A stretch of DNA of 32,290 bases from a bacterium (GTDB lineage: Bacteria; Patescibacteriota; Microgenomatia; UBA8517), in assembly GCA_021824915.1 (NCBI GenBank), contig JAKAJP010000030.1, positions 1 to 32,290 of the forward strand. Reading direction: 5' to 3'. Shown here piece by piece: positions 25,270-32,290 of this stretch (positions are counted from its first letter, which is position 1; each line of letters opens with the position of its first letter). The notes below the pieces were generated by a model that was not told the origin of the DNA, searched no databases, and saw only the letters and a program-made list of their open reading frames with translations. Position numbers and translations under genes: made by a program.

Positions 25270-25745
25270 TGGCAAGAAGTCTAAACAAGGTTCAGTTGAT
25301 AGGGAATTTAACACGCGACCCCGAAATGAAATACACACCGGCGGGTGCTGCGGTTTGCACTTTTGGCGTTGCCACAAACAGAAATTGGACAACCGAAAGC
25401 GGGGAGAAGAAAGAAGATGCTGAATTTCACAATATTGTTGCCTGGAATAAATTGGCGGAAATTTGCGCACAACTTCTCAAGAAGGGGAGAAAAGTTTATG
25501 TGGAGGGCCGCCTTTCTACGCGTAGTTGGCAGGGGCAGGATGGAACCCAGCGTACCCGTACAGAAGTTGTAATTAGCGACATGATAATTTTGGATAAAAG
25601 AGAGGGTGAGGTAACAGGAGAAATTGATATTCCGGAACCAATAGTTGAGACGCAGGAGCCGGTAGAGCAACCGAAATCAAAGTCGAAGTCAAAGACAAAA
25701 GAAGAGAAAGCGGAAGAATCGGCAGATGAAGATATACCGTTTTAA
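25269..25745 (+). CDS. ssb: Single-stranded DNA-binding protein
   Basis: LNKVQLIGNLTRDPE, KGRKVYVEGRL, C-terminal EDIPF. Confidence 0.97.
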   Translation: MARSLNKVQLIGNLTRDPEMKYTPAGAAVCTFGVATNRNWTTESGEKKEDAEFHNIVAWNKLAEICAQLLKKGRKVYVEGRLSTRSWQGQDGTQRTRTEVVISDMIILDKREGEVTGEIDIPEPIVETQEPVEQPKSKSKSKTKEEKAEESADEDIPF

Positions 25746-25757
25746 TAGTAAATAAAT

Positions 25758-26012
25758 ATGGCGAAGAAAGAAAAGCGAAGATCAAGAAAATTTGAAGTAG
25801 AAAAGGTACCTCAGGGTAATTGTCCCTTTGATAAATCAGGTAAAGAACCTGATTATAAAGATGTAGAAACACTCATGAAGTTTGTTTCCGACCGGGCAAA
25901 AGTTTTGGGTAAAGACAGGACCGGCGTTTGTGCTAAGCACCAGAGAAAACTAGCTTTAGCCATCAAGCGTGCCAGGCATTTAGGCCTTCTACCTTTTACT
26001 CCAAAGATTTAG
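25758..26012 (+). CDS. rpsR: 30S ribosomal protein S18
   Basis: [17 protein letters not shown]-x-LA-x-AIKRAR-x-LGLLPF. Confidence 0.97.
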   Translation: MAKKEKRRSRKFEVEKVPQGNCPFDKSGKEPDYKDVETLMKFVSDRAKVLGKDRTGVCAKHQRKLALAIKRARHLGLLPFTPKI

Positions 26013-26025
26013 TATACTGACTTTC

Positions 26026-27288
26026 ATGGCGAAATTTTTTGGACTTCCAAGAGTTAAGATTTCTTTTGTCCGAAAATTTGTTTTGATTTTTGTAATCGTT
26101 ATAGCTTCATTCGGTGGGGGTTATTATTTTGGTTTCAAAGGGTTTAAGGCCCAATTTAAGAGTTTTAATCAGGTAAGTTTGGTTCGGGAAGTTCCACCTG
26201 ATGTAAATGCAAACATGGACCTTTTCTGGACAGTCTGGAAGGAGTTGGGTGATAAGTATTTTGATAAAACAAAGCTTAACCCCCAAGACATGGTTTATGG
26301 CGCAATTCAGGGAATGGTAGCGGCAGTGGGGGATCCATACACCATGTTTTTACCGCCGGTGCAAAACAAAGTCACAAATGAAGATTTAAGTGGCAGTTTT
26401 GAAGGGGTAGGTATTGAGATTGGTTATAAGGGGGTTAGGTTGGCGGTAATTTCACCTCTTCCGGGTAGTCCGGCAGAAGCTGCTGGAGTTAAACCCGGAG
26501 ACTTTATAGTTAGGATTAAGGACGACGCAAAAAATATTGACGAATCAACCAGTGGAATATCTTTACCGGATGCTGTTGAAGCAATTCGGGGTCCGGCTGG
26601 CACAAAAGTAACCTTAACTCTTATTCGTGACGGACAGGATAACCCAATAGTTACCGACATCACGCGCGCGAAATTGACCGTTCCCTCGGTTACGTTAACT
26701 TATGTTGGGAAGGATAACTCGATCGCGGATGTTAAAGTTAATAAATTTGCTGCGGATACGGATGATGGCTGGAATGGTATCGTGGAAAAGATTAAAGAGA
26801 ACTCGAACGTTAAAGGGGTAATCGTTGATCTTAGAAACAACCCTGGCGGGTATATGCAGGGGGCGATTGACTTGGCAAGCGAATTTATCCCCGTTGGCGG
26901 AGGCGAAAAGTCAGTTGTGGTGATTGAAGATAGAGGTGGGGTCCGTACGGATTATAAAGTTAATAAAGCCGGTAGGCTAATCGGTGTACCCGTTGTGGTT
27001 TTAATTAATGGAGGAAGTGCCAGCGCCTCTGAAATCTTTGCCGGTGCGCTTCGTGATGACTTGGGCGCGAAGCTTGTCGGTGAAAAATCATTTGGTAAGG
27101 GAACAATTCAGGAACCTTTGGATTTGGCCGGAGGCAGCGGCCTTCATATTACAGTTGCCAAATGGTTAACTCCGGATGGAACTTGGGTTCACGAAAAAGG
27201 GCTGGAGCCTGATTTTAAGATTGGGAACCAAGAAAATGCAAGTGGGGACGCCCAACTTGAGGCGGCGGTTAAGCTGCTTTCTCAGTAA
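26026..27288 (+). CDS. Carboxyl-terminal processing protease (S41 family, PDZ)
   Basis: GDPYT, FEGVGIEI, DLRNNPGG, GSASASEI, SFGKGTIQ, plus an N-terminal TM. Confidence 0.95.
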   Translation: MAKFFGLPRVKISFVRKFVLIFVIVIASFGGGYYFGFKGFKAQFKSFNQVSLVREVPPDVNANMDLFWTVWKELGDKYFDKTKLNPQDMVYGAIQGMVAAVGDPYTMFLPPVQNKVTNEDLSGSFEGVGIEIGYKGVRLAVISPLPGSPAEAAGVKPGDFIVRIKDDAKNIDESTSGISLPDAVEAIRGPAGTKVTLTLIRDGQDNPIVTDITRAKLTVPSVTLTYVGKDNSIADVKVNKFAADTDDGWNGIVEKIKENSNVKGVIVDLRNNPGGYMQGAIDLASEFIPVGGGEKSVVVIEDRGGVRTDYKVNKAGRLIGVPVVVLINGGSASASEIFAGALRDDLGAKLVGEKSFGKGTIQEPLDLAGGSGLHITVAKWLTPDGTWVHEKGLEPDFKIGNQENASGDAQLEAAVKLLSQ

Positions 27289-27314
27289 TTTTTAAGGAAA
27301 GACTGGTATTTTGT

Positions 27315-28469
27315 ATGTCGAAGATGTTAAAAATATCGGTGAAAAAAGCCTTTATTTTTATTGCCATTATTCTTGTTGTTTTGGCGGCGGTAACAAGCGG
27401 TGCAGTTGCGGATAGATTGTTTGGCTTAACTCCTCTTGATAGATTTTTCCCCAGACTTGGAATTAATACACTCCAGCAAAAGTTTGTAAACGAAGAAAGT
27501 GATGTAATTGATGTTGTTAAAAACGTGGGTCCGAGTGTTGTAACTGTTTCAGCGGTTACACCCAAAAGATCGATTATTCAGTTTTCTCCTTTCGGAGGTT
27601 TCAGTCAGGGAACGACCGGTGGAACTCCTCAGGATATTGGAAGTGGTTTTGTCGTTTCGGCAGACGGATTAATAGTCACAAATAAGCACGTTGTTGCCGA
27701 TGCATCGTTAACCTATAAAGTGGTGACAAGTGATGGAAAGAGTTTTGATGCAAAAGAGATTAGTCGGGATCCTAATAATGACATTGCGATTATTAAAATT
27801 GACGCCAGAGGTCTAAAGCCGGTTGAGCTGGGTGACTCTGGAAATCTTCAGGTTGGGCAATTTGTCATTGCAATTGGCACAGCACTTGGAGAATTTAGAA
27901 ACACAGTAACCACCGGAGTTGTTTCCGGACTTGGTCGCGGAATAGATGCGGGTGATCAGTTTCAGGGTTATGTTGAACGCCTTGATAATGTAATTCAGAC
28001 GGATGCGGCTATTAACCCGGGAAATTCCGGAGGCCCGCTACTTAATTCCGCAGGTCAGGTGATTGGAATAAATGTTGCTGTTGCCCAAGGAGCTAACAAT
28101 ATTGGTTTTGCTATTCCAATAAATACGGTTAAGGATGCACTAAATTCCTTTAAGGCAAACGGAAAATTCCCTGCAAAAGCATATCTCGGGGTTCAATATC
28201 AGATGGTTAGCCAGCAGGCCGCGCTTCTCAATAGTGTCCCACAGGGGGCGTATGTTGTGGATGTTGTAGCCGGGAGCCCTGCGGAGAAAGCGAATATTCA
28301 GGCAGGAGATATTATTTACAAAGTCGATGGAAATCAGATAACTGATACTAATGGGGGACTGGCGAAATTAATTGCGGGCAAAAAACCCGGCGATGTTCTA
28401 AATCTTGAAATTTGGCGAGACGGGAATACGGTTAAGGCTCCAGTAACTCTTTCCGAGGCTAATCAGTAA
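27315..28469 (+). CDS. HtrA/DegP-like serine protease with one PDZ domain
   Basis: GSGF, VTNKHVV, DIAIIK, IQTDAAINPGNSGGPL, PDZ GSPAEKA. Confidence 0.95.
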   Translation: MSKMLKISVKKAFIFIAIILVVLAAVTSGAVADRLFGLTPLDRFFPRLGINTLQQKFVNEESDVIDVVKNVGPSVVTVSAVTPKRSIIQFSPFGGFSQGTTGGTPQDIGSGFVVSADGLIVTNKHVVADASLTYKVVTSDGKSFDAKEISRDPNNDIAIIKIDARGLKPVELGDSGNLQVGQFVIAIGTALGEFRNTVTTGVVSGLGRGIDAGDQFQGYVERLDNVIQTDAAINPGNSGGPLLNSAGQVIGINVAVAQGANNIGFAIPINTVKDALNSFKANGKFPAKAYLGVQYQMVSQQAALLNSVPQGAYVVDVVAGSPAEKANIQAGDIIYKVDGNQITDTNGGLAKLIAGKKPGDVLNLEIWRDGNTVKAPVTLSEANQ

Positions 28470-28914
28470 GGTTATATACAAAAATTTTTTTGCCGGATTT
28501 TTCCGATTTTTCTTTCCAGCCAGTTCTTTGATAAAGATTAATGGCTGGTAGGTTATCAATGTGAGTTTCAAGCCATATTCTGCCGCCACCCATTTTTTTG
28601 TAGTCTTCAGACTTCAGGAAACTCTTTAGGGTATTGGTTAAAAATTTAACCGAATAACCTTTGCCGCGGGCTGGCGGATAGGTGCGGATGGCAAAAGTTA
28701 TGCCGTTTTTATTTCCAAACCAGACAATTCCCAGCAAATTTTTGGATTTGTCGGTTAGGGTATAAATGACCCGATTTTTTGACCATTTATCGAATTTTGC
28801 AAGCGAAGAAAAACGCCTTTTATCACCGGTAAATTTCAGAATTTGGGGATCGGTTTGGGAGTACTTAATGAGCTGACTAATTTGTCTTTTGGAGATTCCC
28901 TTCGTGATTTGCAC
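28459..28914 (-). CDS. GNAT-family N-acetyltransferase
   Basis: ARGKGY acetyl-CoA motif and N-x-PAINLYQRTGW. GTG start. Confidence 0.85.
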   Translation of the reverse strand: MQITKGISKRQISQLIKYSQTDPQILKFTGDKRRFSSLAKFDKWSKNRVIYTLTDKSKNLLGIVWFGNKNGITFAIRTYPPARGKGYSVKFLTNTLKSFLKSEDYKKMGGGRIWLETHIDNLPAINLYQRTGWKEKSEKSGKKIFVYNLTD

Positions 28915-28935
28915 GAAGATATTATAGCAGTGTTG

Positions 28936-29157
28936 CTATTGTTTACTTAAAGGAAAAACTCTCCTAGAGGCTCCGTCATCAACAGCTATAACTTTTTGAC
29001 CATTCACTGTGGCGGTTTGGCTTTCAGGAAGTATAGTTTTTTCCGTTGTCGCAGCACCTGACGAGGCCACATTCATGGCGTTTTCAAGCTCTCTTTTCTC
29101 ATTTCGGAGCGCAAAATAGGCCTCGGAAAATCCCTGTGCAATTGATCTAAGTGACAT
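28936..29157 (-). CDS. Small hypothetical protein
   Basis: 73-aa ORF filling the gap between genes, with TAAAAT 6 nt before the ATG. Confidence 0.55.
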   Translation of the reverse strand: MSLRSIAQGFSEAYFALRNEKRELENAMNVASSGAATTEKTILPESQTATVNGQKVIAVDDGASRRVFPLSKQ

Positions 29158-29180
29158 GGCGGTATTTTATTCCTATAGTC

Positions 29181-29879
29181 TTAGACTGTCAAGTTCTTTG
29201 TTAATTCTATGACCTTGTCCAAATCTCCGTCAAGAATTACTTCCAATTTACCCCAGGATTTGCCAAGTCTGTGGTCAGTGACCCGGTCTTGGGGAAAGTT
29301 ATAAGTTCGGATTTTTTCACTTCTCATACCGCGTCCAATGACGCTTCTATAGCCTGCGATTGTGCGTAGCTTTTCTTCTTCTTGTTTCTCCCAGAGCTTT
29401 GAACGCAAAAGGGAAAGGGCGATTTGTCGATTTTGTTCCTGAAAACGCTCTTCACGGGCCTCAACCACTATTCCGGTGGGTTTATGGACCAAACGGACCG
29501 CGGTACTAACTTTATTAACATTTTGGCCTCCATGACCGCCGGCGCGGGTAAAGCTCCATTCAAGATCGTTGGGATTTACCGCCACTTCGTTTTCTTTAAT
29601 CTCAGGTAGGGTCGCAACTGTGGCTGTCGAAGTATGAATTCTGCCTCGTTTTTCTGTAACCGGAACTCTCTGGACTCTGTGGACTCCGGCCTCGTTTTTC
29701 AGGAGATCAAAAACATTCGGGCCGCTTATTTTTATTGTTTTGTCGTCAATTTGGAGCACCTTCCAGCCTTTTTTCTGGGCAAAGCGGATGTACATACGGA
29801 GTAGGTCGTCCCCCCAAAGTTTGGCTTCAGCACCGCCTGTTGCACCGCGAATTTCAATATAGCAGACCTGATTTTCCAT
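29181..29879 (-). CDS. prfA: Peptide chain release factor 1, short form lacking domain 1
   Basis: [10 protein letters not shown] (RF1 PxT), [29 protein letters not shown]. Downstream of rpmE as is usual for prfA. Confidence 0.9.
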   Translation of the reverse strand: MENQVCYIEIRGATGGAEAKLWGDDLLRMYIRFAQKKGWKVLQIDDKTIKISGPNVFDLLKNEAGVHRVQRVPVTEKRGRIHTSTATVATLPEIKENEVAVNPNDLEWSFTRAGGHGGQNVNKVSTAVRLVHKPTGIVVEAREERFQEQNRQIALSLLRSKLWEKQEEEKLRTIAGYRSVIGRGMRSEKIRTYNFPQDRVTDHRLGKSWGKLEVILDGDLDKVIELTKNLTV

Positions 29880-29891
29880 AAATTGGCCCAG

Positions 29892-30203
29892 TTACGCTTG
29901 ACCACGAAGCTCGGAAAGTGATGTTGGTCGCTCTTGTTCTTCTTGAAGTCTTTTTGCCCTTTTAATCTTTCTTTTCTCAGTTTTGCTAATAATTTTCTTC
30001 TTGGCGGCTGCCTGTTTGGCCTTAAAGGCATCTACGCGGCCAGCTGTGTCCACAAACTTCATTTGTCCTGTGTAAAAAGGATGGCAATTGTAGCAAACCT
30101 CGACATGAATTTCGGGCACAGACGCCCCCGTGGTAAATGTATTGCCGCAGGCACAAATCACCTTTGCTTCCGGATACCATTTTGGGTGGATACTTGCTTT
30201 CAT
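29892..30203 (-). CDS. rpmE: 50S ribosomal protein L31 (four-Cys type) with basic C-terminal extension
   Basis: [32 protein letters not shown]. Start set at ATG 30203. Confidence 0.96.
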   Translation of the reverse strand: MKASIHPKWYPEAKVICACGNTFTTGASVPEIHVEVCYNCHPFYTGQMKFVDTAGRVDAFKAKQAAAKKKIISKTEKRKIKRAKRLQEEQERPTSLSELRGQA

Positions 30204-30211
30204 AATGAGGC

Positions 30212-31123
30212 TCAATTATACCTTTTCTTTTTGAATTCAGCAAGGAAGACGCCCACAAAAGTAATAATGGAGCCAATTACTATTGTGGTTGTGATTTTGT
30301 CTCCAAGAAGCTTTACGGCCAGAATTGCAGAAAGAATAGGATACAGGTAGGAAAAAAGAGCAGTCTCGGAGAGTTCAATTGATTTTAAGCCTAGGTTATT
30401 GAGAATATAAGCGAGTGTTCCTGAAAGAAGACCCATATACATTATCCCGAAGAAGAATAATGGGTTACCTTTCATAAAAATTCCCGTTATTTGACCTAGT
30501 GGATGCAAGCTTAGAGAGATGGGTATCATTGTTAGAAATCCGATAAGAAATGAGTAATTGGCAAGCCGAACAGCTCCGTAGCCCTTTCTTAGAAGTTCCT
30601 TCGCAAGGAGTCCGGCGACGGCTCCTGCAATTACAGATGCAAGGACTAAGATGTTACCCACAAGTCTGCCGTCCTTTTGTTGGCTTTCGAGGGGTTCGAT
30701 GAGAATAAAAAGTGAGCCGACAAGTGCGAGAAATGTTCCAGTTTTTTCTTGTTTTGTTATCCTGTCGCGCAAAAAATAATAGCCTAAGGCTATTGTTAAG
30801 AGAGGGCCAAAAATTGAGATAAGGCTCATATCAAGTAAAGTCGTTTTTGCCGTTCCCCAGAAAAGGAGGCCTAAGGTAATTGTCGAGTTAAGGACGGAGT
30901 ATATAATCACTTGTAGAAACTCGCCAAAATTCCTGGCAATTTTAAAATTTGTCAATGCAAACATGATAAGAGCAGCTATTGCCGAGAACATAAATCGGTA
31001 GAGCAGAAAGAGGTCGGGTGCAAGGCCTGTGTTGAGAGTGATTTTAATTACTGGTCCTGCAACTCCCCAGATAACAACTACAATTGCAAGATAAAGATAG
31101 GCCTTAAGACGGATAGGGTTCAT
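30212..31123 (-). CDS. DMT/EamA family transporter
   Basis: About ten TM helices in two repeats, [22 protein letters not shown]. Confidence 0.9.
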   Translation of the reverse strand: MNPIRLKAYLYLAIVVVIWGVAGPVIKITLNTGLAPDLFLLYRFMFSAIAALIMFALTNFKIARNFGEFLQVIIYSVLNSTITLGLLFWGTAKTTLLDMSLISIFGPLLTIALGYYFLRDRITKQEKTGTFLALVGSLFILIEPLESQQKDGRLVGNILVLASVIAGAVAGLLAKELLRKGYGAVRLANYSFLIGFLTMIPISLSLHPLGQITGIFMKGNPLFFFGIMYMGLLSGTLAYILNNLGLKSIELSETALFSYLYPILSAILAVKLLGDKITTTIVIGSIITFVGVFLAEFKKKRYN

Positions 31124-31126
31124 AAG

Positions 31127-31999
31127 TTAGCTTAAAAGGTCAATAATTCGGTCAATTCCGAATGAAAATCCAACTGCAGGAATACTCCTACCGGTAAACA
31201 TCCCGATTAAATTATCGTATCTTCCTCCGCCTCCGATTGTCAGTTCCTCCGGCCGACCATTAAGCTTCATTTCAAAAATGGTGCCGGTATAGTAGTCGAG
31301 GCCTCTGGCAAGAGTCGGGTCAAAAATATAATCTTTTCCTTCGATCACGCCATAATTGGTTTTCAAAATCTTAAACGTTTCCGTAAGTTCCTGTGTCGGC
31401 TTGGTTTTGTCAATAAAATCCAATAGCTTTTGAGGAATATTTTCCCGTCCAATCTTGTACATTTTGTCGATTGTCCTGATCTCGTCAATTGTCAGGCCTT
31501 CAAAATTTTTTCTATCATTGATCATCAGAGCTGCTTTTTTGAAGCCGAGTGCACGTGCAGAGTCTATCGCGCAAGCAATAATCTTGGCATCCTCTTCCGG
31601 ACTTTTTACCCCAACCGTATCGAAGTCAAACTGAGTAAATTCCCGGCGTCTGCCTTTTTGCGGGTTTTCGCCGCGAAATACCTGACCGATTTGATATCGG
31701 GAAAATGTAGGGTCGAGTAATCCTAAATTATTGGCAACAAAACGGGCTAGGGGGACTGTCAAGTCATATCTTAACGCCAACTTCCTTCCACCTTTATCTT
31801 CAAATTGATAGATAAGCTTTTCATCTTCACCGTATTTTCCAAGTAGTGTTTCCGCAAACTCAACGGTTGGCGTTTCCAAAGGCTGAAAGCCGTATTTTTC
31901 CAATATCGGAATAACCGCATTAAACATCTTACGTCGTTTAGCGGCCTCTTTTGGGTAAATGTCCCCGAACCCCTTTGGTGTAACTGGTCCTCTTTGCAT
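31127..31999 (-). CDS. hisS: Histidyl-tRNA synthetase, catalytic domain only
   Basis: PKGFGD, LRYDLTVP, FRGENPQKGRRREFTQ, LARGLDYYTG, GGGRYD, AVGFSFGIDR. Stops a few residues after motif 3. Confidence 0.88.
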   Translation of the reverse strand: MQRGPVTPKGFGDIYPKEAAKRRKMFNAVIPILEKYGFQPLETPTVEFAETLLGKYGEDEKLIYQFEDKGGRKLALRYDLTVPLARFVANNLGLLDPTFSRYQIGQVFRGENPQKGRRREFTQFDFDTVGVKSPEEDAKIIACAIDSARALGFKKAALMINDRKNFEGLTIDEIRTIDKMYKIGRENIPQKLLDFIDKTKPTQELTETFKILKTNYGVIEGKDYIFDPTLARGLDYYTGTIFEMKLNGRPEELTIGGGGRYDNLIGMFTGRSIPAVGFSFGIDRIIDLLS

Positions 32000-32015
32000 A
32001 TTTTTAGTCTAGCAC

Positions 32016-32038
32016 AAAAAAAGGAACCTTTCGGTTCC
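32016..32038 (-). terminator. Intrinsic terminator
   Basis: Minus strand GGAACC-GAAA-GGTTCC followed by seven T. Confidence 0.8.
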
Positions 32039-32137
32039 CCATATTATCGATTCTCGATTTTTACGCTTATCTGCGCCCCGTATTTGGCGGGGTCCTTGCG
32101 CCATCGTGACTGACGCTCCAACGGATTTATATAACTG
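32016..32137 (-). ncRNA. Candidate ~120-nt small RNA of unknown family
   Basis: Flanked by a consensus promoter and an intrinsic terminator, with two additional GC-rich hairpins. Confidence 0.45.
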
Positions 32138-32143
32138 GAAGTA

Positions 32144-32171
32144 ATTATATACTGAAACGTTTTGGTGTCAA
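32144..32171 (-). promoter_or_regulatory. Consensus sigma70 promoter
   Basis: Minus strand TTGACA (32171-32166), 16-nt spacer, TATAAT (32149-32144). Confidence 0.65.
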
Positions 32172-32290
32172 ATTTTGATTAAGAAAATTGAGCGGAGTTT
32201 TTGGGTTTTTCCGCCATTATCCATTATGAAGATAACCGTATCTCCCTCGGAAATTTTTGAAAGTGATATTGCAACTTCTTTTCCGTCTTT
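32168..32290 (-). CDS. 3' end of a hypothetical gene running off the window
   Basis: Open frame KDGKEVAISLSKISEGDTVIFIMDNGGKTQKLRSIFLIKI* from the window end. Confidence 0.5.
   Translation of the reverse strand, partial: KDGKEVAISLSKISEGDTVIFIMDNGGKTQKLRSIFLIKI

Noticed and set aside
24646-25872. Overlapping short ORFs at 24646, 24740, 24961, 25308, 25345 and 25573, and similar antisense ORFs elsewhere in the track
   Set aside because: Shadow frames of better-supported genes, with no motifs of their own.
29732-30031. 99-aa minus-strand ORF as a frameshifted N-terminal domain of the release factor (prfB-style)
   Set aside because: It is an alternate frame of rpmE and prfA, does not resemble RF domain 1, and the factor has the RF1 PxT motif rather than SPF.
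31127-31999. HisZ (ATP phosphoribosyltransferase regulatory subunit)
   Set aside because: The HisRS catalytic motifs are fully retained and no his biosynthesis genes are nearby. Not formally excluded without the whole genome.
1-32290. CRISPR array, tRNA or rRNA genes
   Set aside because: No repeat-spacer periodicity, cloverleaf or rRNA-like stretch was seen. Intergenic gaps are short.
1-32290. Alternative genetic code (TGA recoded)
   Set aside because: Conserved genes are uninterrupted in code 11, and TGA serves as a stop at gene junctions such as 2173 and 19202.

Overview
Bacterial chromosomal window, genetic code 11. Gene content and style suggest a Patescibacteria/CPR (Microgenomates-like) genome (inference). 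Host genes on the left are the cysS 3' end, surface proteins and an ABC-2 exporter. Host genes on the right are ychF, rpsF-ssb-rpsR, S41 and HtrA proteases, prfA, rpmE, an EamA transporter and hisS. Between them lies a ~17.6 kb integrative element (about 5819-23464) inserted into the first codons of ychF. The original ychF start (MSLSVGIV) is stranded at 5804, and the element supplies a replacement start (MSSSKLSVGIV) at 23436. The crossover also lies inside the element's large serine recombinase gene. Excision would swap its 12-aa tail for a 42-aa tail encoded in frame at the far left end of the element. The element has a xis/recombinase module, a primase-polymerase/helicase replication module with an iteron-like array, and a methylase-Mrr fusion with a C-protein-like regulator. 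It also carries an unusual enzyme cassette: APH-like kinase, PLP decarboxylase, single-chain PheRS-like ligase, methyltransferase and oxidoreductase. The host part shows shortened translation proteins (RF1, HisRS, YchF), pervasive leaderless-type promoters and a candidate ~120-nt sRNA. All family assignments come from motif recognition by eye, not from database searches.
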